Shown: piece after piece, positions 1 to 8,326 of the stretch | How the letters are laid out: every line of letters starts with the position of its first letter | How positions within the stretch are numbered: the stretch's first letter is position 1 | Source of the DNA: an uncultured Actinomycetes bacterium | GTDB taxonomy: Bacteria > Actinomycetota > Thermoleophilia > Gaiellales > Gaiellaceae | Assembly (NCBI GenBank): GCA_963802685.1 | Contig: CAWDJG010000007.1 | Span: 562,550 to 626,549 of the forward strand | Length of the DNA stretch: 64,000 nucleotides | Reading direction: 5' to 3' | The notes under the pieces: generated by a model | What the model saw: only the letters and a program-made list of their open reading frames with translations | Told to the model about the DNA's origin: nothing | The model's database searches: none | Position numbers and translations under genes: made by a program

Positions 1-909
1 TACGGCGGCATGCGCGCGCATGTGCTCGCGCTCGAGGTCGTGCTCGCCGACGGGCGGATCATCCGGACGGGAACGCGCGCGGTGAAGACCTCGGCCGGCT
101 ACAACCTCACCGAGCTGTTCATCGGCTCGGAGGGCACGCTCGGCGTCATCACCGAGCTGACGCTGCGGCTCCACGCGATTCCCGAGCACATCGTCGTCGC
201 GCGCGCTGCGTTCCCGTCCATCGAAGCGGCGTGTCGCACGGCCGCTGCGATCATCGGCGCCGGCATCCCCGTCACGCGCTGCGAGCTGCTCGACGCGGCG
301 ACGATCGTCTCGCTGAACGCGTACAAGGGGACGTCGCTCCCCGAGTCGCCGTACCTCTTCTTCGAGCTGGGCGGGACGGAGGCGGGCGTCGTCGGCGATC
401 TCGAGACCGTGCGTGAGCTCGCCGACGACGAGGGTGCGGTCGCATTCGAGTCCGAGCGGGACCCCACCGCCCGCGCGCGGATGTGGGAGGCGCGCCACAA
501 CGCGCTGCTCGCGTCGCTCGCGTTCGCACCCGGGTCGAAGCCGATGACGACCGACGTCGCCGTTCCCGTGTCGGAGCTCGCTGCTGCCATCCATCATGCT
601 CGGCTCGCGATCGACGAGTCGGGCCTGCGCGGCGGGATCGTCGGCCATGTCGGCGACGGCAACTTCCATGTGGCGTTCCTGCTCGATCCGGACGACGCGG
701 AGTCGATCGCGCGCGCCGACGCGCTCAACGGGCGCCTCGTCGACGACGCGCTCGCCCGCGGCGGCACGTGCAGCGGCGAGCACGGGATCGGCTACGGCAA
801 GCTCGGATACCTCGAGCGCGAGCACGGCGACCTCGTTCCGCTCTACCGCGGCATCAAGCAGCTGCTGGATCCCAACGGGATCCTCAACCCGGGGAAGGTC
901 GTCCCCTAG
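1..909 (+). CDS. FAD-linked oxidase, C-terminal part (GlcD / D-lactate dehydrogenase family); 5' end lies outside the window
   Basis: Frame is open from base 1. 'GSEGTLGVITELTLRLH' and the C-terminal 'CSGEHGIGYGK' are typical of FAD-oxidase_C family enzymes. Confidence 0.85.
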   Translation, partial: YGGMRAHVLALEVVLADGRIIRTGTRAVKTSAGYNLTELFIGSEGTLGVITELTLRLHAIPEHIVVARAAFPSIEAACRTAAAIIGAGIPVTRCELLDAATIVSLNAYKGTSLPESPYLFFELGGTEAGVVGDLETVRELADDEGAVAFESERDPTARARMWEARHNALLASLAFAPGSKPMTTDVAVPVSELAAAIHHARLAIDESGLRGGIVGHVGDGNFHVAFLLDPDDAESIARADALNGRLVDDALARGGTCSGEHGIGYGKLGYLEREHGDLVPLYRGIKQLLDPNGILNPGKVVP

Positions 910-1871
910 GACTCGGGGCCGGCGTAGACGACGCTGCCGGCGACGATCTCGTCGATACGTCCGAGCGTCTCCTCGTCGAGCTCGACGCCGCTCGCGGCCG
1001 CGTTGTCCTCGACCTGCTCCGGCTTCGTCGCGCCGATGATCGCGGCCGCGACGTTCGGCTCCCGCAGGATCCACGCGAGCGCGAGCTGGGCCATCGAGAT
1101 GCCGAGCTCGCCGGCGATCGGGCCGAGCTCCTGCACGCGCCGGAGCAGCGCGTCGTCGAGCTGGCGCTTGCCGAAGAAGTAGTTCATGTGCGCGTTCACG
1201 GCGCGGCTGTCGGCGGGCGGCGGGCTGCCCGGCTTGTACTTGCCCGTGAGCACTCCCTGGAACAGCGGCGAGAACACGATCTGCGAGATGCCGTGCTCGG
1301 TGCAGTACGGGATGACGTCACGCTCCGGCCCGCGCCAGAGCAGCGAGTACTGCGGCTGGCTCGAGACGAATCGCTCGACGCCCGGCATCTCCATCGCCTC
1401 GGCGATCTTCTCGACCGGCCACTCGCTGAAGCCGATGTAGCGTGCCTTCCCCTGGCGGACGACCTCGGTGAGCGCGTCCATCGTCTCCTCGAGCGGCGTG
1501 TTCCAGTCGTACCGGTGGCACTGGTACAGGTCGACGTAGTCAGTGCGCAGGCGCGAGAGCGACGCGTCGATCTGCTTGAAGATCTGCTCGCGCGACAGTC
1601 CGCTGTCGCCGTCCGGCATCTGGAAGAAGAGCTTCGTCGCGAGGACGTACGAGTCGCGCGGCCGGTCGGCGAGCACCTGGCCGAGGAACTCCTCCGCGGC
1701 ACCGTCCGAGTAGATGTTGGCGGTGTCGATGAAGTTGATGCCGGCTTCGAACGCCTTCGCGACGCAGGCCTCGGCCCGCTCGCTCGCGACGGCGCCGCCG
1801 TACGTCATCCAGGAGCCGAGGCAGATCTCCGACACCTGCAGGTCGCTGGAGCCGAGCTGCCGGTAGCGCAT
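906..1871 (-). CDS. aldo/keto reductase (Kv-beta-like AKR)
   Basis: ORF 906-1928. The internal ATG at 1871 gives the canonical N-terminus 'MRYRQLGSSDLQVSEICLGSW'. Motifs 'GINFIDTANIY' and 'VDLYQCHRYD' are present. Confidence 0.9.
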   Translation of the reverse strand: MRYRQLGSSDLQVSEICLGSWMTYGGAVASERAEACVAKAFEAGINFIDTANIYSDGAAEEFLGQVLADRPRDSYVLATKLFFQMPDGDSGLSREQIFKQIDASLSRLRTDYVDLYQCHRYDWNTPLEETMDALTEVVRQGKARYIGFSEWPVEKIAEAMEMPGVERFVSSQPQYSLLWRGPERDVIPYCTEHGISQIVFSPLFQGVLTGKYKPGSPPPADSRAVNAHMNYFFGKRQLDDALLRRVQELGPIAGELGISMAQLALAWILREPNVAAAIIGATKPEQVEDNAAASGVELDEETLGRIDEIVAGSVVYAGPES

Positions 1872-1902
1872 GGCATCGACGCTATCCGTTAGCGTCCGAT
1901 CC

Positions 1903-2277
1903 ATGCCGCAGTTCGACGCCATCGGCATCGTCAGCGCCGACCTCGACCGGTCGCGTGCCTTCTACCGGCTGCTCGACGTCGTGATCGCGGAGGGTGACGC
2001 CCACGTCGAGGCGACGCTTGCGAACGGCACCCGCCTGATGTTCGACACGGAAGAGGTCATCCGCAGCTTCCGGCCGGACTGGAAGCGCGAGACGGGGAAC
2101 CAGCTCGCGCTCGCATTCGCGTGCACGAGCCCCGCGGACGTGGACGAGACGTACGCCCGCGTCGTCGCGGCCGGCTTCCACGGCGAGAAGGAGCCGTGGG
2201 ACGCATTCTGGGGCTACCGCTACGCGCAGCTCGTCGATCCCGACGGCGTCCAGGTCGATCTGTTCGCCGCCCTCTGA
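1903..2277 (+). CDS. VOC / glyoxalase-bleomycin resistance family protein
   Basis: ORF 1870-2277. Start at M12 gives 'MPQFDAIGIVSADLDRSRAFY'. The C-terminal 'WGYRYAQLVDPDGVQVDLF' is a typical VOC beta-alpha-beta-beta-beta signature. Confidence 0.8.
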   Translation: MPQFDAIGIVSADLDRSRAFYRLLDVVIAEGDAHVEATLANGTRLMFDTEEVIRSFRPDWKRETGNQLALAFACTSPADVDETYARVVAAGFHGEKEPWDAFWGYRYAQLVDPDGVQVDLFAAL

Positions 2278-2835
2278 TCGAAGAGCGCATCGAGCTCGCC
2301 GGCCGCAGCCTGCTGCTCCGGCGGCCGCCGAGCGCCGACGACCTCATCGACGAGGACGCGTTCGACGAGGAGGAGTTCCTGCCGTACTGGGCCGAGCTCT
2401 GGCCGAGCGGCCTCGATCTCGCGCGCGTCGTCGCGGGGCTCGATCTGCGCGGCTCGCGCGTGCTCGAGCTCGGCGCCGGCCTCGGCCTGCCGTCGCTCGC
2501 CGCCGCGATCGGCGGCGCCGAGGTGCTCGCGACCGACTGGGCCGAGGACGCGGTCGGGCTCCTGCGGGCCAACGCCGAGCGAAACGGCATCGCTCTCCGC
2601 GCCGAGCGGGTCCGTTGGGATGCGCCCGAGCCCGCTCCTGGGCGAGGCGCCGTGGGACCTCGTGCTCGGCGCCGACCTGCTCTACGAGGAGCGCAACGCC
2701 GAGCAGCTGCTCGAGCTGCTGCCGCGGCTCGGCGGCGACGTCCTCCTCGCGGAGCCGGGGCGGCCGTTCGCACCCGCGTTCCTCGAGCACTGGGACGTCG
2801 AGGAGGTCGCGGACCGGGTATACCGGCTGCGGTGA
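2274..2835 (+). pseudogene. class I SAM-dependent methyltransferase (Methyltransf_16-like), one frameshift near 2625-2640; start uncertain
   Basis: The N-terminal two thirds lie in the frame of ORF 2121 ('VLELGAGLGLPSLAAAIGGAEVLATDW', 'LLRANAERNG'). The C-terminal part lies in ORF 2620-2835 ('APWDLVLGADLLYEE...'). No ATG or GTG lies close to the first conserved residues. Confidence 0.6.
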
Positions 2836-3494
2836 TCGCCCTCGTCCTCGCCGCGATCGCACTCGCGGCGCCTCCGAAGCCGCACGTCGTGTGGAAGCCG
2901 ATCCCGTTCGGCGCGACGCGCCGCGCGGAGATGGCGCGCTACGCGAAGAAGCACTACGGCATCGATTCGTGGGTGCTGCACCCGCGCGCGATCGTCGAGC
3001 ACGTGACCGCGACGACGTCGTTCTCGTCCGCGTACAACACGTTTGCCGCGGACGTTCCCGACGCGGAGCTGCACGAGCTGCCCGGCACGTGCGCGCACTT
3101 CGTCGTCGACCGCGACGGCACGATCTACCAGCTCGTCCCGCTGGACGTCATGTGCCGCCACACCGTCGGGCTCAACTGGGCGGCGATCGGGATCGAGCAC
3201 GTCGGGATGTCGGACGCGCAGGTGCTCGGGGACGCCGCGCAGATGCGTTCCTCGCTCGCGCTCACCGTCTGGCTCATGTGGCGGTACCGGATCCCGCTCG
3301 CGAGCGTCATCGGCCACAACGAGAGCCTGTCGAGCCCGCTGCACAGGGAGCTCTACGCGCCGTGGCGCTGTCAGACGCACGCCGACTGGCGGCATGCCGA
3401 CATGGACGTGTACCGCGCGAAGCTCACGGCGCTCGCTCGCCGGTACGGCCTGAAGATCGGCCCGACGTTCCGGCCGCGCCCGACCCACTGCTGA
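2832..3494 (+). CDS. N-acetylmuramoyl-L-alanine amidase (Amidase_2 / PGRP domain) with N-terminal hydrophobic segment
   Basis: The GTG at 2832 overlaps the methyltransferase stop (GTGA). Motifs: 'HFVVDRDGTIYQLVP', 'HTVGLNWAAIGIEHVG', 'VIGHNES'. Confidence 0.8.
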   Translation: MIALVLAAIALAAPPKPHVVWKPIPFGATRRAEMARYAKKHYGIDSWVLHPRAIVEHVTATTSFSSAYNTFAADVPDAELHELPGTCAHFVVDRDGTIYQLVPLDVMCRHTVGLNWAAIGIEHVGMSDAQVLGDAAQMRSSLALTVWLMWRYRIPLASVIGHNESLSSPLHRELYAPWRCQTHADWRHADMDVYRAKLTALARRYGLKIGPTFRPRPTHC

Positions 3495-4065
3495 TTCGCT
3501 CCTCGCCGACGACCTCGACGCGGTCGTGCCCGAGCGCGAACGCGTACTCGTTCGCCACGGCGCTCGGGTGCTCGAGCTCCGCGCCCGGCAGCCCGAGATC
3601 ACGCTCGCGTTTGCGGTCGCGTATCTCGTCACCGGCCGCGCGTACCAGCCGGGTAGCCGCGAGCCGGAGCTCCACCGCTCCGCGGAGGGCGAATGCCCAC
3701 AGCACTGCCGCGAGTGCGGCGAGCAGCGCTGCGATCGCCTTCGCCGCTGCAACGACGACGGGTGCCGCGCGGCGGCCGCCGTCGCCGACCGCGTGCGCGG
3801 CCGGCACGACGTGGCGCTTGCGGCGCGCGAGGAGGAGCTGCCGCGCCGGGACGACTGCGAGCACCTGGCCCGTCTCGATGGCGCGGCGCCGGTGTCGCCG
3901 CTTGCGGACGACGAGCGTCTGCACACGTCCGGCGGCCGCGAAGCCGAGCTGCTCGACGACGCCGAGATTGCGGCTTCCGGCGCGGACGGTGAATCCTTCG
4001 CACCGGCTGAGCCAGTAGTCGCAGACCGGGCTGCCGTTCGGGAACGACCTGTCGATGGCGACCAT
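3424..4065 (-). CDS. hypothetical membrane protein, PRC-barrel-like N-terminus
   Basis: ORF 3424-4125. The ATG at 4065 is preceded by GGGAAGGG. 'GFTVRAGSRNLGVVEQLGF...VQTLVVRK' resembles a PRC barrel. One TM span ('AIAALLAALAAVLWAFAL'). The 3' end overlaps the amidase by ~70 nt, so the end is uncertain. Confidence 0.45.
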   Translation of the reverse strand: MVAIDRSFPNGSPVCDYWLSRCEGFTVRAGSRNLGVVEQLGFAAAGRVQTLVVRKRRHRRRAIETGQVLAVVPARQLLLARRKRHVVPAAHAVGDGGRRAAPVVVAAAKAIAALLAALAAVLWAFALRGAVELRLAATRLVRAAGDEIRDRKRERDLGLPGAELEHPSAVANEYAFALGHDRVEVVGEERISSGSGAAGTSGRSSGRTGERAP

Positions 4066-4123
4066 CGGAAAGCCCTTCCCGGCCTCACCGGCGGGCGAAA
4101 CCACGGCGGCATAGGATCGGCTC

Positions 4124-5410
4124 ATGCTCGCGACGACGGATCTCGCGCTGCGGCTGAGCGAGGCCGAAGCACGCTATGCGGCCGCGAATCCGGAATCGCT
4201 CCGGCTGCACGAGCGGCGTGCGCGCGTCATGCCCGGCGGGAACACGCGCACGACGATCCACCAGCCGCCGTTCCCGCTGACGATCGTGCACGGCGAGGGC
4301 GCGCGCGTCGCGGATGCGGACGGTCACGAGTACGTCGACCTCCTCGGCGAGTACACGGCGGGCCTCTACGGCCATTCGCATCCCGTCATCGTCGAGGCGA
4401 TCCGCGACGCGCTCGCCGACGGAATCGTCCTCGGCGCGCCGAACCGCTACGAGATCACGCTCGCGGAGGCGGTCGTCGCGCGTTTCCCGTCGATCGATCT
4501 CGTCCGCTTCTGCAACTCGGGAACCGAGGCGAACCTCCTCGCGCTGTCGCTCGCGCGTGCCGTCAGCGGGCGCTCCGGCGTCCTCGTCTTCGCCGGCGCG
4601 TACCACGGCGGGATCCTCCTGTTCGCGCACGGCGTCTCGCCGATGAATCCGCCGTTCCGGTGGATCGTCGGCGAGTACAACGACGCCGCCGGCGCGGCGC
4701 GACTCGTCGCCGAGCACGCGGACGAGCTCGCCGCGGTCATCGTCGAGCCGCTCCAGGGGGCGGCGGGAGTCATTCCGGGCGACGTGGAGTTCCTCGCGGC
4801 GCTCCGCGAGGCGACGGCGGAGCACGGCGTCCTGCTCGTCTTCGACGAGGTGATGACGGCGCGGCTCTCGACCGGCGGGATGCAGGAGCTGCTCGGGATC
4901 GACCCGGACCTGACGACGCTCGCGAAGTTCGTGGGCGGCGGGCTCTCGTTCGGCGCCTTCGGCGGCCGTGCCGACCTGATGGGTCGCTTCGACCCGTCGC
5001 GTCCCGACGCGCTCCAGCACGGCGGCACCTTCAACAACGACGTGCTCACGATGGCCGCAGGGTCGGCGGGTCTCACGCGGGTGCTGACGACGGCAGAGAT
5101 CGCGCGGCTCAACGGTCTCGGCGATCGGCTGCGCGACCGGCTCAATGCGTACGCGGGCGAGCACGGCGTCGACTTCTGCGCGACGGGCTACGGCTCGCTC
5201 GTCGGTCTCCACTTCGCGCGCGGGCCGGTGCGGAGCGAGCACGACGTGCCGGAAGCGGCTGAGCTGCGCGGGCTCCTGCACCTGCACATGCTCGAGCGCG
5301 GCTACTCGTACGGCCGCCGCGGCTTCATCGCGCTGTCGCTTCCGCTCGGCGAGCCGGAGATCGACGGGTTCGCCGCCGCGGTCGAGGAGTTCCTGACCGA
5401 AGTGAGGTGA
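4124..5410 (+). CDS. class III (GSA-aminomutase-like) PLP-dependent aminotransferase
   Basis: 'MPGGNTRTT', 'GHEYVDLLGEYTAGLYGHSHP', 'VRFCNSGTEANLLALSLAR', 'LVFDEVMT'. Full length, 428 aa. Confidence 0.9.
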   Translation: MLATTDLALRLSEAEARYAAANPESLRLHERRARVMPGGNTRTTIHQPPFPLTIVHGEGARVADADGHEYVDLLGEYTAGLYGHSHPVIVEAIRDALADGIVLGAPNRYEITLAEAVVARFPSIDLVRFCNSGTEANLLALSLARAVSGRSGVLVFAGAYHGGILLFAHGVSPMNPPFRWIVGEYNDAAGAARLVAEHADELAAVIVEPLQGAAGVIPGDVEFLAALREATAEHGVLLVFDEVMTARLSTGGMQELLGIDPDLTTLAKFVGGGLSFGAFGGRADLMGRFDPSRPDALQHGGTFNNDVLTMAAGSAGLTRVLTTAEIARLNGLGDRLRDRLNAYAGEHGVDFCATGYGSLVGLHFARGPVRSEHDVPEAAELRGLLHLHMLERGYSYGRRGFIALSLPLGEPEIDGFAAAVEEFLTEVR

Positions 5411-5451
5411 GCCGCGGAGGCCCCGTCACCGGGGCCTCCGCCGAGCTCGGA

Positions 5452-6813
5452 TCAGGCGCCGGAGACTTCGGCGACGTCGTCGCTGTGCGGCCCGAGCGTC
5501 CCCTTGAGCGGCCCGTGCTTCGCGATCAACCTCATCGCGTGGTAGACGACGATCGTCGCGACGGCGCCGATCGCGATCCCGTTGAACGAGACGTTCCCGT
5601 GCGTCCACGTGTAGTTGCCTGCGCCGATGGTGATGCCGACCGCCGCCGGGAAGAGGTTGACCGGATTGCGGAAGTCGACGTGGTGCTCGACCCAGATCCG
5701 GCCGCCGAGGACGGCGATCAACCCGTAGAGGAGGATCGTGGCGCCGCCGAGCACGCCGGTCGGGATGCTGACGACGATGGCGCCGAACTTCGGGATGCAG
5801 CCGAGCCCGATCGCGGTCAGCCCGGCGACGATGTACGCCGCCGTCGAGTAGACCCGCGTCGCCGCCATCACGCCGATGTTCTCCGCATACGTCGTCGTGC
5901 CCGCGCCGCCGCCGGCGCCGGAGATCATGCGTGGCGAGCCCGTCGCCCATGTACGCGCGGCCGAGCGAGGCGTCGTAGTTCCGGCCGGTCATCGAGGCGA
6001 CCGCCTTCACGTGGCCCGTGTTCTCGGCGAGGAGGACGAGCACGACCGGGATGACGAGGGTGATCCCGTACAGCGTGAAGCTCGGAGTGTGGAACGGCGG
6101 GAGGCTCGACCCACTTCGCGCTGCTCCAGTTGTGGTGCAGGTCGAGCTGGTGGAACGGCCAGGAGGCGACGTACCCGACGACGACGCCGAGGAGGATGGC
6201 GACCCGCCCGAGGAAGCCGCGGAGCAGGACGGTGGCTCCGAGGATCGCGGCGAGGGTGATGAACGCCGTGTAGCCCTGCTTCGCGACGTCGCCCGTGGCG
6301 ACCGGGGCGAGGTTGAGCCCGATGAGCGCGACGACCGCGCCCGTGACCACCGGCGGCATGAGCGCGTTCACCGGTCGCGCGCCGAAGCGATCGACGAGGA
6401 ACCCGACAGATGAACAGGAGCGCGCCGGCCGCGAAGATGCCGCCGAGCGCGGCGGCCGTTCCGTGGGACTCCGCCGCGATGACCGGCGAGATGAAGGCGA
6501 AGCTCGAGCCGGTGTAGCTGGGGAGCCCGAGCCGCTGCCCGCGTCCGGCGGTCGCCGCGATGAAGACGAGCGTGCCGACGCCGGAGAAGAAGATCGTCGT
6601 CGTCGGCGGCATGTGGGTCAGCACGGGGACGATGAACGTCGCCCCGAACATCGCGACCACGTGCTGCATCCCGATCCCGATCGTGCGAGGCCAGGAGAGG
6701 CGCTCCTCCGGCGCCACGACCTCGGTCGGGCCGAGGGTCTTCCCGTCGCCGTGGACGGTCCACAGGAACGAACCGCGCCCGGTGGCGGGGCGGTCGGGGA
6801 CGTGCGTGCTCAT
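5452..6813 (-). pseudogene. NCS2 family uracil/xanthine permease, three frameshifts (~6410, ~6104, ~5930)
   Basis: The protein is split over ORFs 6007-6813, 5925-6371, 5426-6043 and 5452-5928. Segments: 'IGMQHVVAMFGATFIVPVL', 'MPPVVTGAVVALIGLNLAP', 'LAENTGHVKAV', 'GAGTTTYAENIGVMAATRVYS'. Each junction is explained by a 1-nt indel. Confidence 0.8.
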
Positions 6814-6982
6814 GTCGGCCTCCTCGAGGCGCTGGTGGGAGCCGTTCTGTGTGCGGCTCGGGAGACCGGGCGCGCAGGATCCGCGCCGCTCTCACCTGCT
6901 CGCGTGGAACCCCGGCTACGCTACGCGGCCGGTCGGACGTGAGCGGTTACGACTCACTCCTCCTGGGTAGGGAGGAGACGCC

Positions 6983-7177
6983 GTGTCCACCGGCCCACTG
7001 CCCGCCGGTATCACCCTGGAGCTCGAGGCGCTCAAGCGCCGGCTCTCGTCCATGAGCGCGAGTGAGATGAGCTCGGACGAGACGGAGGCGATGGCGGTCG
7101 AGATCAGCGCCATCCGGCTGCAGCTCCGGCGGATCGCCCTCGATCAGCAGGACCTGCGGCAGCTGCACGCCCGCTGA
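6983..7177 (+). CDS. small hypothetical protein (64 aa, predicted helical/coiled)
   Basis: GTG start preceded by GGGAGGAG at about 6969-6976. No recognisable family. Confidence 0.45.
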   Translation: MSTGPLPAGITLELEALKRRLSSMSASEMSSDETEAMAVEISAIRLQLRRIALDQQDLRQLHAR

Positions 7178-7190
7178 ACGGGCGGGAGCT

Positions 7191-7403
7191 TCAGCTCGCG
7201 CGTTCGAAGAGGTTGTGCACGACGCCGTAGTGGTCCTCGTGCACGATCAGCCCGGGCCGGAGCTGCTCGTACTCCGCGAGCGTCAGCGGCACGGTGCGGT
7301 GGCACGAGCTGTCGCCGCATTCGCAGATGAATGCGATGAGCCGGCTCTCGCTGCCGAAGACTCGTGCCCTGAACGTGTTCGCGTCGCGTCTCTCGATTCC
7401 CAT
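7191..7403 (-). CDS. small hypothetical protein with CxCGxxxC motif
   Basis: ORF 7191-7442. The ATG at 7403 has a GGAGA 5 nt upstream. Contains 'FICECGDSSCHRTVPLTLAEYE'. Confidence 0.5.
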   Translation of the reverse strand: MGIERRDANTFRARVFGSESRLIAFICECGDSSCHRTVPLTLAEYEQLRPGLIVHEDHYGVVHNLFERAS

Positions 7404-7513
7404 CGTGTCTCCAGATTCGCGCCCGCGATCGGGTTCTGCCACCGCGCCTGCCGATCCAAACGTCGAGCGGCGCCGCCTTGCTCAGACGTGCATGTGCCTG
7501 GCAGACTCGGGCG

Positions 7514-7816
7514 ATGTACTTCGTCGTGATCCGAGAACAGGCGCGGGCCTGGAATGCGTCGGCGGGCATGCGCGAGCAGGAGCAGTGGCCCGAGCACGTC
7601 GACTACGTCAACGCTGCTGTTGATGACGGCTTCCTGATCCATGCCGGACCGTACGGCGACGGGAATCCGCATCGAGCGCTGCTGGTCGTCAGCGCCGACG
7701 ACGAGAGCCAGGTTGCATCGCGGCTCGACGACGATCCGTGGACCACCATCGGCGTGCTCGAGACGAAGTCGATCGAACGCTGGGACGTTCTGGTCGGCGA
7801 CATGGCCCCGACGTGA
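7514..7816 (+). CDS. YciI-like / dimeric alpha-beta barrel family protein
   Basis: ORF 7478-7816. M13 gives 'MYFVVIREQ...'. 'HVDYVNAAVDDGFLIHAGPYGD' and 'DDPW' are typical of YCII-related proteins. Confidence 0.55.
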   Translation: MYFVVIREQARAWNASAGMREQEQWPEHVDYVNAAVDDGFLIHAGPYGDGNPHRALLVVSADDESQVASRLDDDPWTTIGVLETKSIERWDVLVGDMAPT

Positions 7817-7900
7817 ACGAGATGGACACGTTCGCGGGCGAGACGCGCGCTCTCGATCGGCAGGACGTGCGGGCGCCGCTGCGCTCGCACTGAGCGTCCC

Positions 7901-8230
7901 TCAGGCGCGAGCGGCGCGGCGTACCGCGTCGGCGGCCGAGCCGGACTCGCCGAGGTGGACGGCGACCCCGAGCTTTCCGAGCATGTTCTCCATCGGAGGA
8001 CCCATGTGCCCGGCGGAAACGGCTTCGACGTTCTGCTCGCGGATGAAGAGCGCGATGCGTGCGTGGTGGGAGCCTTCGGTTCCCTCGTCGTGCAGACGGT
8101 CCCAGCCGACGTCGAGCTCCTGCCAGCTCCGGATCTCGTCTCCGTCGACGTTCGCGACCGCCACGCTCGCCGCCCGCCCCCAGCTGGGGCCGATCAATCC
8201 TCCGTCGGTGATCGGGACGCAGACGATCAT
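7901..8230 (-). CDS. NifB/NifX-family (dinitrogenase FeMo-cofactor-binding domain) protein
   Basis: 'MIVCVPITDGG...WGRAASVAVANVD', 'IREQNVEAVSAGHMGPPMENMLGKLGVAV'. Confidence 0.7.
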   Translation of the reverse strand: MIVCVPITDGGLIGPSWGRAASVAVANVDGDEIRSWQELDVGWDRLHDEGTEGSHHARIALFIREQNVEAVSAGHMGPPMENMLGKLGVAVHLGESGSAADAVRRAARA

Positions 8231-8276
8231 TCGTCCGCCGATCCTACGTGCTGGATCGCGAGAGGCCCCGTGAACG

Positions 8277-8300
8277 AGAGGGGCCCGATCGGGCCCCTCT
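8277..8300 (-). terminator. perfect 24-nt GC-rich palindrome directly after the nrdJ stop (candidate terminator)
   Basis: AGAGGGGCCC-GATC-GGGCCCCTCT: 10-bp stem, 4-nt loop, 27 nt downstream of the nrdJ stop. No U-tract follows. Confidence 0.4.
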
Positions 8301-8326
8301 GATCGATCCTGCCGGTGTGCTCGGCT